This document shows positions 36,171 through 47,023 of a stretch of DNA of 64,000 nucleotides, piece by piece. The DNA comes from a virus. Positions within the stretch are counted from its first letter, which is position 1; every line of letters starts with the position of its first letter. The stretch lies in the IMG/VR virus record IMGVR_UViG_3300027744_000013, positions 44,087-108,086 of that record; one strand, written 5' to 3'. A model generated the notes under the pieces. The model was not told where the DNA came from. It worked only from the letters and a program-made list of their open reading frames with translations, and searched no databases. The translations under genes and the position numbers were made by a program.

Positions 36171-36383
36171 ACTAGAAGCTATTATAGAGGATCCGGGGTT
36201 ATACCTGCTGACCCTAGCACTAGTCAGCTTGTTCAGCTTTGCCTTTGGACTAGCTATGGGCTTAGTGTGGGCTTATAGTTAACACCCAAAGTTAGTCGGG
36301 GCAGTGCGCTCTGACTAACGCATGGAATTGATCTGCATGTTCGCTAAAATTTTTTGCGCGACCGCTTCGCGGCATAGTTAGCA

Positions 36384-36884
36384 TTAGCTGCCCCGAGTCT
36401 TTTGGGTGCGTACAAACTCTTCAGGTGTAACCAAATTGATGCCCACACTTATGCGCATGTCCGTGCTCCGGTTAGGCTGTACTCTGTGCAGTATCATACC
36501 ATCAAATGCCACGATATCACCTGCTGTGGGTTGGTATCCTTGCCATTCCTTTAGTTCATTTTGAAACTCAATTTCACCTGAGTCTGGGGGTACTTGTACA
36601 TAATACACTATGCTGATCATGTGGTCGCCGTGATAGTGTTCAAATGTTTCCTCTTGTGGTGCGCACACATTAATCCACCAACGATCCAACAGCATGTGTG
36701 GGTATCTGCTCAATATGTACTGTATAACCTGCCGGAATGAACCCGCGGCTTCTACTGAGTATCGATATTCCGAATGCCATCCTGTGGTGCGTTTACCCAG
36801 AAGTCTTTTGGGTTCGATACGTGTTTGGAACAGGGCTGAGTTGATCAGTGCAGGGTCCAAAGCATAGTGGGCTACGGTGTACAT
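36384..36884 (-). CDS. 2OG-Fe(II) oxygenase
   Basis: HYH..SIVYY..F....H.V..R.S; TAAATA-5-ATG. Confidence 0.75.
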   Translation of the reverse strand: MYTVAHYALDPALINSALFQTRIEPKRLLGKRTTGWHSEYRYSVEAAGSFRQVIQYILSRYPHMLLDRWWINVCAPQEETFEHYHGDHMISIVYYVQVPPDSGEIEFQNELKEWQGYQPTAGDIVAFDGMILHRVQPNRSTDMRISVGINLVTPEEFVRTQKTRGS

Positions 36885-36956
36885 GCTCATATTTACTTGA
36901 CAGCTTATGCGTTGTGTGTTATAATTGACGCATCGCATACACACATAGAGGCACAA

Positions 36957-37283
36957 ATGGAAGCTGTTCGTGAAACTACTGGGGGCTTATTTCCCGCACA
37001 CACATACCTACTGGATGGCAACAATCTTGTGGCCTATATCAAGAAGGGTGAAACCGAGCCCTACTACTTTAAACAGCCAATCAAGGGCTTCTCTAAGTCA
37101 GGGCGCAAGTTTGACAGGGTCACTAGCACGGCGTTTACCATGCAGGTTGAGCCAGAGGTTGCTCTAAAGGCCATACAAGGGTCCAAGGGCAGTGTTTACT
37201 ATGTTAACGAAGCTGAGGGTACATGTACCTGCCCGGGCTACACATATAGGGGTGCTTGCAAGCACGTGAAAGAACTAGCATGA
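36957..37283 (+). CDS. SWIM zinc-finger protein
   Basis: CTCPGYTYRGACKH; promoter TTGACA-17-TATAAT at 36897. Confidence 0.75.
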   Translation: MEAVRETTGGLFPAHTYLLDGNNLVAYIKKGETEPYYFKQPIKGFSKSGRKFDRVTSTAFTMQVEPEVALKAIQGSKGSVYYVNEAEGTCTCPGYTYRGACKHVKELA

Positions 37284-40200
37284 TGATTACAGTACACAGT
37301 CGTAATAGACTTTACGCTACATTCGAGAAATGGGAAGTACCCAGAGACTTTGCTGACCCCATGGCCAACTATCTAATATATGGCTATGAGCCTGGCTCAT
37401 GCTTTACTGGCATCTTGGCCAACGACTTTGTCAGTGCTATACGCAGTTGTCATCCTGTTAACTCAGTTGAATCGCTCAAAGCACTAGCGGGTTGGATACA
37501 CAGTGACATGCCCAGACAAGCATATGGTAATTATGAAAGTGTAAGGGCATGGCTGGCCCTTGACGCAGAAGAACGCAGGGCCATATTGGAACACAACAGG
37601 CTGATATATACAGCTAGAGAAGAAACGTGGCTGGCCCTTAAAAATAGCAATGAGGAGTTTGAATATGAGCACTGAGTCAACTGGCATAACGGGCTTTATT
37701 GAAATCTTTGAGGGCCGTCTGACTAAGATGAAGCTACACCTTAAAACAGAATTGAGCAAAGACAAGCATGATAGAAATCGCAAGTGGCTTAAAACTCAGC
37801 TACGCGATGCTAGCAAACTAAAACAGACACTGAAAGAAATGCGTAATGCTAGTGCTAAGAAGTGTCCACATTGCGGAGAACGACTATGAACGAACGAATT
37901 CGAATACTGGCTGAACAGGCTACAACAACAGTATCAGCCGTGCCCAACGAGTCAATGCCCTGGACTTATTTCGATACTGAAAAGTTCGCCCAGTTGATTG
38001 TGCGGGAATGCATGTCTAAATTGTATCTAAATGGATATGATGATGCCATGATACAGCTTCAAAAAGATTTTGGACTTGGCGAATGACTGGGGAAATCACA
38101 GTGGAGATGCTGGACCAAACTATTCAATGGTGCAAGCAAAACGCATTTTGGGGCAAGGGTTCTGCCATACCTCGTATGCTGGACTTTTACTTTGAAAAGA
38201 CTCGCTCCATAGTGGATGAAGATTGGCCAGAGAGTTTTACTTTAGAAGAACTTGCTCAAGCATTGGGAATAGAGCAAGTGCGTTATAGGATTTACTACAG
38301 TCAAGACAACCTCACATTAAGACTGTTTGTGTTCCGTCCTCGATGCACTTGGGACGAACAAAAAATCATGTTGGACTTGGGATTTGTGATTGCACAGGAT
38401 AACGACTCCAACACTATTCCCAACCAACCTGTAGAGGCAGTTGAACTATGACACATACCATACGGATCACATGTCCACGATGCTTTTTGCGGTTCGCCTA
38501 CACCCAGAAAAACGGCAACACCATGTTCTCACACGTGGTTAGGTGCAAAGAATGAACCTAGCAGACTACTTTAAAGCTAATCGCCCTGAGCCCAAATATA
38601 ATTTTGGTGATAGGATTGAAGGCACATACAAGGGTATACCTTTTGTGGGTACTGCATATGGAGACAACATGCGCAGTGAACTGGAAGGCCCTATGGTCAG
38701 TGTGCATTTGGACTTGCCCATGATGATTGGATTTGTTTGGCATCATAATATACGTGTTAAATACGAAGACATCAAAGGATTGAGAAAATGACTATCTTTA
38801 TACCTGTGCTGTTTATTTGCCTTAACGGCAACTGTGAATTTATGCAGGGCAAAACACACTACAAAAATGAAGCTCAATGTGTAGCCAGTTTGGACATGCA
38901 AAAACAGCATATGCGAAATTTGGTTAAAGAAGCAGAGAAACAAGGCACCAAAGGTGAAATAACCATTTTGGAAGGTACTTGTATTGATGCTGAAATCAAA
39001 ACAACTCAGGGACGAATAACATGACTCTTGAAGACTTAGAATATATCTTTGAATATCAAATTGAAGAAGGCACAGAGAAACTGTACTTCATGCTGACTGA
39101 TGGTGATCGTCATCCTGTGATACAACGACATCCTGCCGACGATTTGGCTGGCTTATTGCCCATGCTGGACTCGTTTCAATACACAGGACACAATGTGATG
39201 CCGAGGTTTAAGAAATGAAAGTAGACAGAATCGATCCAGCTGTAGCACACAACATTGAGTTGGCCAAGCTGACACAACAACAAACAATCAAACAGCAACA
39301 ACTCAAAGTGATTACTGATAGACAGGAAGAAATAAAGCAGATGCGTCCCAAGGATCCAGGCAAGGGTGCCAACATAGATGAGATGGTGTAACAATGATTA
39401 AAGGCTTAATGGGCACCTGCGGAGTTACAGTATCAGGTGGTGATACTAGTTTGCCCTACGTTAGCGCAAATCCTAGCAACCCTGTCCAGGGTATGATACG
39501 TATTAACAACACAGACTTAGAAGTATTCAATGGCACAGGCTGGCAATCACTACCCAGCAGTTATGCCACTGTGAGTTTAGATCAAGACACACAGGATTTA
39601 TTGCAATGGGCCAGAGCACAACGTACCATGGCCATGAACAGACTTACCCTGGCCCAAAACAATCCAGCACTGATGAAGGCATTGGAAAAGTTAAAGAAGG
39701 CCCAAGACGACTTTGAGTTACTAGCCCGATTTGTAGAACATGATAAACTTTCCGCCTAATCAAGATTACTTAGAACGGTTTGACTATTCGATCAAAGTTA
39801 AATTAGGCAAGAGCTATTCACCGGAGTTCAAAGACTTTTATTCATGGTGTGACAACCATTTGGGTGTGCGTTACAAAGATTGGTTTATTGTCAGTGCAGG
39901 CAAAGACACATATACACTTAGATGTCGCAACAACAAATGGGCAACCTTTTTGGTGCTCTCACATGTTGACAAGCTGGTCTAATGGCCGTATAATTACAGT
40001 AAGTAAAAGGAGCCAGTATGAACTTTAGAACGTGGTGCAGAGAAAAATGGTTCGAGCATAAAGATGAGCTTGAAGCCTATGGGCAGACTCCATCTTATAC
40101 TGCCGACGGGTACTTTCAAATGTACAAGTACTGGCTCAAACGAGAATATCGACATCAACAAAGGAATGTATAATGGATAAATTTGTACAATGGTATCGCA

Positions 40201-40346
40201 GTTACAGCGTAGAGATTACTTGGTTTATTATTGGCTGGCTAGTGTTTGCCGGCATTGATGCACTGTTACGTGAAAGTTACGGCTTTGCTCTGTTTAACTT
40301 TGCACTGGTATACATCAACTATAGGTTATATAAAAACAATGTTTGA
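37280..40346 (+). other. Run of ~12 short coupled hypothetical genes (37280-37675, 37665-37889, 37886-38086, 38083-38451, 38552-38791, 38788-39024, 39021-39218, 39215-39391, 39394-39759, 39740-39982, 40018-40173, 40173-40346)
   Basis: Overlapping start/stop codons; promoter TTGACA-17-TATAAT at 39966. Confidence 0.6.
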
Positions 40347-40394
40347 TAGCCTGTTTATCTTATTGGCACATTCATTAACTTATTTAGGATTAGT

Positions 40395-40871
40395 ATGGCT
40401 AGCAGTTTAACAGTAGTAAAGGGCAACTTGATTGCCATGGGCAAGGCTAACGACTTTGACATCATTGTACATGGGTGTAATTGTTTTTGTACAATGGGCG
40501 CAGGTATCGCCGCACAGATTGCACAACAGTTTCCAGATGCGAACTTAGCGGATGCTGAGACTGTACGTGGTGACCCTGGCAAGCTAGGTACGTACACAAT
40601 TGGCATGAGTGGTCGATTGGTTATTCTTAATGCCTATACCCAATATGGAACAAGCAACACAGGAAGAGATGTATTTGAATACACAGCCTTTGAACGTGTG
40701 CTGGACAAGATTGCCAGCCGCTTTGGCAAATGGCGCATCGGACTTCCAATGATTGGTATGGGTCTAGCAGGAGGTGATGCAGAGCGTATCATTCCTATGT
40801 TAGAACGGTTTGCTGAACGCATGGCCCAAGCAGGCGGCAGTGCTACACTGGTGGAATATGTTCAATCTTAA
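40395..40871 (+). CDS. Macro domain (ADP-ribose processing) protein
   Basis: KGNL, IVHGCNCFCTMGAGIA, NAYTQ, PMIGMGLAGG. Confidence 0.85.
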   Translation: MASSLTVVKGNLIAMGKANDFDIIVHGCNCFCTMGAGIAAQIAQQFPDANLADAETVRGDPGKLGTYTIGMSGRLVILNAYTQYGTSNTGRDVFEYTAFERVLDKIASRFGKWRIGLPMIGMGLAGGDAERIIPMLERFAERMAQAGGSATLVEYVQS

Positions 40872-41109
40872 CTTTAACGTAACCAATCCGTGGAGTACAC
40901 GTTGGCGTTTTCTATTTGGTAAGTCAGGGCTACTAGCCAAACACAAAGCCTGGGAGTTTAACGGATATCGAACACATCACATAATTGACATCAATTTTAG
41001 TTTGTCATTTACAGGTGACCACCCGGGTGTGTCTGTCATGTTAGGGCTTGTAGGCTACAGTTTAGAATTAAGTATATACGACACACGTCATGGAGATATG
41101 AGATGTTAG
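40858..41109 (+). CDS. Hypothetical protein
   Basis: Coupled ORF. Confidence 0.55.
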   Translation: MFNLNFNVTNPWSTRWRFLFGKSGLLAKHKAWEFNGYRTHHIIDINFSLSFTGDHPGVSVMLGLVGYSLELSIYDTRHGDMRC

Positions 41110-41513
41110 ATTGTTTGATCATGGGCGATAGCCTAGCAGTGGGTGTAGGACAGATTCGACAGGAATGTACAACTCGTGCCAAGAGTGGTATCAACAGTTA
41201 CGACTATGTTAATCGACATTTATGGCACACTAACGGCAACAATCAGGCTAAAACTATTATTATCAGTTTGGGCAGTAACGATACTAAGAACATTAATACA
41301 TTTGAAGAACTTGATACGCTACGCCAATTGGTCAAGGCAGACCGTGTCTATTGGATTGTGCCAGCTATCAAAGAAGACAAGCGCAAGGCAGTATGGGCAG
41401 TGGCTAACAAATATCACGATCATGTTATCGAAGCTCGTAATCATGAACTTAGTCCAGATCGAGTACACCCCACACACAAGGGTTACACTAGTATTGCTAA
41501 TCAAACACGATGA
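41103..41513 (+). CDS. SGNH/GDSL hydrolase
   Basis: GDSL, LGSND, DRVHP. Confidence 0.85.
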   Translation: MLDCLIMGDSLAVGVGQIRQECTTRAKSGINSYDYVNRHLWHTNGNNQAKTIIISLGSNDTKNINTFEELDTLRQLVKADRVYWIVPAIKEDKRKAVWAVANKYHDHVIEARNHELSPDRVHPTHKGYTSIANQTR

Positions 41514-42925
41514 AACCCGTAATACTAACTGTTGATCAATGGAAAACAATTCGCAAAGAGTTACAAACAGAACACCCTAAAACTATGTTTATGATTAGGG
41601 ATAAGATGAAACGTGTATTAGGATTTACAGTCAGAGAGCATAATGAATGGGTAATAAAACCAGACGGTGGTTATGGTGAATACCAAATACATTTAGATTT
41701 TTATAGTGAAAACAAACGTACAATGTTCTTGTTAAAGTTTAGTGAAGTAATAGGGAATAAAGATGGAAAACTGTGAAGTGGGCATGTTTAGATTGCCGGG
41801 CCTTGTATTTGAAAAAGACCAATTGCCTCCTGAACTACTTGAGGAGATGATTGCTTGGGCCAATGCTGAAGGTGTTGGCATGAGCATGACTGATCGTTTG
41901 TGGTCATTTAAAAAAGAAGCACATAGAGAATGGTTTATCCTCAAATGGAGTGATAGCATTCCAAGACCAGATCCTAAGGATGTATGACAATGGCTTGGGC
42001 AATAAGTAACGGTACTATTTACGGAAAACGATACTATACAATAATGCCGCCTATGTTTTGTTACAACTGGCCCGACATGGAACTGTGGTGCTATCAACGA
42101 TTTGGTCCTACTGGCAGTCTATGGAAAGAGCGGAAGAATCTTGCGCCAGAACCAAATCAGCGTTGGTATGCTAACGACAGTAAGTTTTGGTTTCTAGAAG
42201 AGAAAGATCTTAATTGGTTTGTATTACGGTGGATGGAATGAAGACAGAACAACGTAAACAATATTGGGGAGCTCTACATGCTGTGCGTAGCGAGTATAGA
42301 GAAGCTGTGGGAAACAATGCTGAAATGACCGGCCCCACAATGCCTTATTGGGTAGAACAAAAATACGGACTTCGCATGGGTCTAGATGGATCAGGTAACT
42401 ACACACAATACTACGATGTTGTGGATCCTAAACGATTTTTATTTTTTCAAATAAAGTATATGAAATGAATATAGAAGAAGATATTATTAATCGAGCTGGC
42501 AAACGAATGGCTGATGAAATAGACTTTCAAATTCTAGCCGATATGCTTTGTGAACTAGGGTGGCGCAAGGTTATACTCAGTCCAATGACATGGGAAATGG
42601 GACTTGAAGTAGATGCGTGGACAGCAAAACATATCAAAGGCCCAGTTGAAAACATGGGATTAGTTTGGATATTTGAACAGGAAGAAGATGCAAATTGGTT
42701 TGCACTGAGGTGGCTATGATAACAACTAGATTTGAAGAAAGCGTATGGAATCAAATTGCTGATTACTATTATGATAATATACATTGGAACAAAGAGTTTC
42801 CTAACATGACAATAGATCGTTGGGTATTGGAAAAGTTTGGTGCTAAGGTTAATAGAGATGATCGTCTACTTGAATTTAATACCGCGTCAAAGAGAGATTG
42901 GTTTATACTTCGATGGGGGATGTAA
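41510..42925 (+). other. Tandem cluster of six small paralog-like CDS (41510-41776, 41763-41987, 41984-42241, 42238-42468, 42465-42719, 42716-42925)
   Basis: Shared C-terminal F-x6/7-(W)F-x-L-(R/K)-W motif. Confidence 0.7.
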
Positions 42926-43539
42926 TGCAAGCACCAGTAATATATCCTTTATTCTCTGCGCCGGTATATGTACAGTTTGGGTTAAATCTTAGTGTATTAG
43001 ACAGTACATTAACAGAATTAGAACAACTACCTGGCCTTGGTCCTGACTGTGGATTGAGCCAAAACATTGATGTATTAGATCGTCCAGATCTTGCTAACAT
43101 ACGCAAACTATGTGAACAGCATTTACAGTTATATGTGTCAAATATATGTGGCTATGACAACGATATACGTATAACAACCAGTTGGATGTCACGTAATCCC
43201 CCGGGTGTTGATCATCCCCCACACAATCATCCAAACAGTTTGTTTAGTGGATGCTTGTATTTGAAATCAAGTCCAGATAATAAATTTAATCTGCATGGAC
43301 AAAATCACTTTACAAAACACTGGCCGTTCACATATAATATAAAAACAAATAATATTTACAACAGCGATGATTGGTGGATTCCAGTAGACACAGGTACACT
43401 GGTTATATTTCCCAGCAACTTACAACATAGCGCAGGCCCTAACCAATTAGATGAAACTCGTATTGTATTATGCTTTAACTCTTTTATAAAAGGTACACTA
43501 GGCAGCTCAGGAGACTTTGCCGCTAGATTAAAATTATGA
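42925..43539 (+). CDS. 2OG-Fe(II) oxygenase (HxH type)
   Basis: HNHPNS.FSG..Y, IFPS.L.H, R. Confidence 0.82.
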   Translation: MQAPVIYPLFSAPVYVQFGLNLSVLDSTLTELEQLPGLGPDCGLSQNIDVLDRPDLANIRKLCEQHLQLYVSNICGYDNDIRITTSWMSRNPPGVDHPPHNHPNSLFSGCLYLKSSPDNKFNLHGQNHFTKHWPFTYNIKTNNIYNSDDWWIPVDTGTLVIFPSNLQHSAGPNQLDETRIVLCFNSFIKGTLGSSGDFAARLKL

Positions 43540-44036
43540 ACATATTTTTAGACATGGATGATGTGGTTGCCGCCTGGCAAGAACGAGCACAGGATATATT
43601 GAAGCTACGTGTTAACAAAGACAGTGACCGTATTCCTCAAGCGGAATGGGATAAACTCAAAGAAGACCTGCGCTTTTATCGTGACTTGCCATTAATGGAA
43701 GGCGCACATGAGCTGGTTGGCATGTGCAAAGAATATATTGCTCAAAATCCGCAGTACACACTACGATTCCTAACAGCACTACCACACGACTATTCAATGC
43801 CGTTGGCGGTGTATGATAAAGTACATTGGGGAGACCAACACTTCCCAGGCATACCAGTTACCATCGGGCCATTCAGCTACGACAAATGGCGACACTGTAA
43901 AAACTCAGGAGATATCCTGATTGATGACAGGCATTCAAATTGCGAAGAATGGGAAGCTCGAGGCGGCAAGGCCCACGTGTATACCACTTGGACTAACTGC
44001 AAGCCGTGGTTAGAGAAAGAGCTTGGCCAACTATAG
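43536..44036 (+). CDS. HAD 5'(3')-deoxyribonucleotidase-like
   Basis: FLDMDDV, LIDDR..N...W...GG. Confidence 0.8.
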   Translation: MNIFLDMDDVVAAWQERAQDILKLRVNKDSDRIPQAEWDKLKEDLRFYRDLPLMEGAHELVGMCKEYIAQNPQYTLRFLTALPHDYSMPLAVYDKVHWGDQHFPGIPVTIGPFSYDKWRHCKNSGDILIDDRHSNCEEWEARGGKAHVYTTWTNCKPWLEKELGQL

Positions 44037-44379
44037 TCAAGCCAGTAATGGCCCAATGGCCAGCCCAAAAGAAAAACGTGTAATTGATAAGTTTATGGTA
44101 TTTGGTGATCGGGTACACGAAATACACACAGTTATTGTACACCGATTTAGAATGGGCGATGTTGAAGATCCAGACTTGTATGCGGCTGAACCATTATTGG
44201 CTTGGCAACAAAGTGAAATGGGTGAATGGATAATGGAACGGGCTGTGGATACTCCAGAATGGCACCGAATGGCAGATGTTGCTAGTTACGGATACAAATA
44301 TGCTATTGTAGCCAAACTCAAAGATGTTGATTACACTTGGTGGACGCTCAAATGGGGCAACACTGTGATTGACATATAA
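44023..44379 (+). CDS. Hypothetical protein (DVEDPDLYAA; ends WTLKW)
   Basis: ORF; start uncertain. Confidence 0.6.
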   Translation: MANYSQASNGPMASPKEKRVIDKFMVFGDRVHEIHTVIVHRFRMGDVEDPDLYAAEPLLAWQQSEMGEWIMERAVDTPEWHRMADVASYGYKYAIVAKLKDVDYTWWTLKWGNTVIDI

Positions 44380-44402
44380 TCATAATGATAGTATAATACA
44401 GC

Positions 44403-44876
44403 ATGACAGAAACAATCTTCTATATCAAAAAAGGTCGCAAGTACATTCCGCACAGTACCTATAGTTCGGAGTTCTGCGACAGCTTTCCCAAAGGCACACA
44501 CTTGGTTGATGTGTACCCTGGTGGATCAAGTCGTAGGTTCAACATTGATCCAGCTTATGCTCCAATGATAGCCGCGGCCCGAGTTGCCGAAGATGCTATT
44601 AGTAACAGCATCATGGAGGCAAGTAAGTTGCGTGTTCCTGAACGTGATCAGCCATTAACTCCAGCACAGTTAAAAGCATGGAAGGCATTGGCCAAGGCAT
44701 TTGGTAAAGATCAGTATGCCCTTGAGTGGTGTAGTTATAGAGAAGCAGCCGAGGCCGGTATCAAGGCCATGCAGGTAGAGGCAGACAAACTGTTAACTAA
44801 CCCAACTGTTCGTAAAGCATACGAAAAGTTTTTATTTGTATCAGCACTAACAAAGGATCATACTAATGGAACCTAG
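44403..44876 (+). CDS. Hypothetical protein
   Basis: TTGACA-17-TATAAT then ATG after 5 nt. Confidence 0.7.
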   Translation: MTETIFYIKKGRKYIPHSTYSSEFCDSFPKGTHLVDVYPGGSSRRFNIDPAYAPMIAAARVAEDAISNSIMEASKLRVPERDQPLTPAQLKAWKALAKAFGKDQYALEWCSYREAAEAGIKAMQVEADKLLTNPTVRKAYEKFLFVSALTKDHTNGT

Positions 44877-45031
44877 ACATTTATACACTATTAAATGGAC
44901 ACAACCATATTCAACGGCGCACCAACGCCCGTACCTGCGTGGCTTACACCAGCAAATGGAACAACTGATTGAACACTATCTTGAAGATGGTGAGTTCAGC
45001 GAAGCAAAACTAATTATAGAGAGGATTAAAA

Positions 45032-45232
45032 ATGCAAATAAGAGCAACTGAAAACCCCAAAGAGTTTGGTAACTGCGGCTGTGGCCGTAGCCCAACGGGT
45101 AAATGTGTAGGATGGCATGGACTGAGTGATCAGGAATGGGCTGAAGGTAAAACACAGCTAGTCCATAATCTGCTATCAGGACATGGAAAAGTAGCAATCG
45201 TAGATGAAAGCTCAGATGATGAAGATCTTTGA
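45032..45232 (+). CDS. CDGSH-like Fe-S/Zn finger small protein
   Basis: CGCGRSPTGKCVGWH. Confidence 0.6.
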   Translation: MQIRATENPKEFGNCGCGRSPTGKCVGWHGLSDQEWAEGKTQLVHNLLSGHGKVAIVDESSDDEDL

Positions 45233-45548
45233 TAAATGGCTTTACACCAAAGTTCGTCATATGTGGGAAAACAAATGCGAATACGAAGAACCACAAAACA
45301 GCTGGCTAAAAAATAACAAACAAATGGCAATAGGTATGGGTACAACAGCAATGGTAGAACGCGGCAATGCCGAAGGACAAGATCGAATCACCTTTGAACT
45401 GACATCAGCAGTAGGTGGCCGCATCTTGAATGTGCGCAGATATGACGACCGTAAGGATCGACACGATAGCCAAACTTACGTGATCCCCAGCGGAGAAGAT
45501 GTAGGGTCTAGGGTAGCCAAAATTATTAACTTAGAATTGATTAAATAA
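45216..45548 (+). CDS. Hypothetical protein
   Basis: Coupled ORF. Confidence 0.6.
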   Translation: MMKIFDKWLYTKVRHMWENKCEYEEPQNSWLKNNKQMAIGMGTTAMVERGNAEGQDRITFELTSAVGGRILNVRRYDDRKDRHDSQTYVIPSGEDVGSRVAKIINLELIK

Positions 45549-45569
45549 ACTTACCAATTGGAGATTCTT

Positions 45570-45926
45570 ATGGACTTTTTAATATACATTGTCGTGGCCG
45601 TAGTTGCATTTTGGATTGGTTGGCATGCTAGGGGTATTATCTTTCTAGCCAATATCAGCGAAAATCCAGAACGTGTTATTGACATGCTTAACAAGATCAA
45701 AAAGATAAACGAGGAAGAGGACGATGGCATTGTTAGTGCAGAAGGCACTGAATTGTTCATTGAACAAGTTGGCAACGGACTTTATGCTTACATTAAAGAT
45801 ACCAAACAATTTGTTGCCCAAGCACCAGATTTGAGTAGCTTGCTGATTGAAGCCCATAAACGTTTTCCAACACAGAAGTTTTTTGGAAAAATATCTAACG
45901 AAAATTCTGCCAAAGAACTTGCTTAA
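45570..45926 (+). CDS. Membrane-anchored hypothetical protein
   Basis: N-terminal TM segment, SD GGAG. Confidence 0.6.
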   Translation: MDFLIYIVVAVVAFWIGWHARGIIFLANISENPERVIDMLNKIKKINEEEDDGIVSAEGTELFIEQVGNGLYAYIKDTKQFVAQAPDLSSLLIEAHKRFPTQKFFGKISNENSAKELA

Positions 45927-46003
45927 TATCTTGTGTTGTACTATACTAGTAAAACGTTGGTGATACGCACCGACACACTGATATAAAACACAAAGGAAAC
46001 AAT

Positions 46004-46276
46004 ATGAAATTTTTCAATCCAGAAACTAAGACTTACAAGATCTTCAACGCATTGTACAATGGCGACACATTGACAGCTAGCCAAGCTGAAAAGCGTTTTG
46101 GCGTTAAGAACATTAGCGCAGAAGTAAGCCGTATCCGTTCAAACGGTTATGCGATCTATGCTAATGCACGTAAAGCTGGCAATGGCGTTCAGGTAACTGA
46201 ATACGCTATGGGTAAGCCATCACGTGAAATTATTGCCTTAGGTTATAAAGCCAAGGCAATGGGCATTACTCTTTAA
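46004..46276 (+). CDS. Winged-helix DNA-binding protein
   Basis: LTASQAEKRFGV.NISAEVSRIRSNGY; own promoter and terminator (46293-46323). Confidence 0.65.
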   Translation: MKFFNPETKTYKIFNALYNGDTLTASQAEKRFGVKNISAEVSRIRSNGYAIYANARKAGNGVQVTEYAMGKPSREIIALGYKAKAMGITL

Positions 46277-46334
46277 TTAGATACTGCTTAGTCAAAAAGC
46301 CCACAGAGTCGTGGGCTTTTTTTATAACTATACT

Positions 46335-46619
46335 ATGACTATTAAAAACACTATAAATTGGATTAAACAAGATTATAATGAGTACCCGTTGCGATTTAGT
46401 TTGGAGTTAGTTGCATGGTTCATGAGTATCAGTTGTACAATATGGATGGGTTATACATTACCAAATCCTCCGTTTATATTTTTATATCCGCTGTTCATTA
46501 TACAATGTTGTATATTTGCGTGGGCCGCTTGGACTAGAGGTTCAACTGGTATGATTGCCAATTACATGCTAATCTCAACTATTGATGTTGTAGCCTACAT
46601 TAGGATGATTACACAATGA
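46335..46619 (+). CDS. Membrane protein
   Basis: Multiple hydrophobic segments. Confidence 0.65.
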   Translation: MTIKNTINWIKQDYNEYPLRFSLELVAWFMSISCTIWMGYTLPNPPFIFLYPLFIIQCCIFAWAAWTRGSTGMIANYMLISTIDVVAYIRMITQ

Positions 46620-46737
46620 AGTTAGGTGATTTATTCAGTACCGCATCAGGATTACTATTTAAAGTAACAGGAATAGAGCTTAGGGATAATGACCCATGGG
46701 TTCTTTACGAAAACACACAGACATTGGAAAGTTATTC

Positions 46738-46962
46738 ATGCAGACAAGAAGCGTTCTTATCGCGATTCTTTGCCTTGGTTGCTTAAACGGCTGTGCCGTT
46801 TATAACGTGGCCAGTATAGGCAGTTACGCTGTCACAGGTAAGAGTATTGGCGATCACGCAGGGTCAACCGTTTCAGGCGGTGACTGCAATACTATCAAAC
46901 ATCTTTGGAATGGGAAATACATTTGCGAAATGCCCGTTGTCTACAATCGATCAGCGTTCTAA
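46738..46962 (+). CDS. Putative lipoprotein
   Basis: Lipobox LNGC. Confidence 0.5.
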   Translation: MQTRSVLIAILCLGCLNGCAVYNVASIGSYAVTGKSIGDHAGSTVSGGDCNTIKHLWNGKYICEMPVVYNRSAF

Positions 46963-47023
46963 TGAGTTGACAACTTTCTGGAATGGCATTATAATAAACA
47001 CATATTAACACACAGAGGCATGT

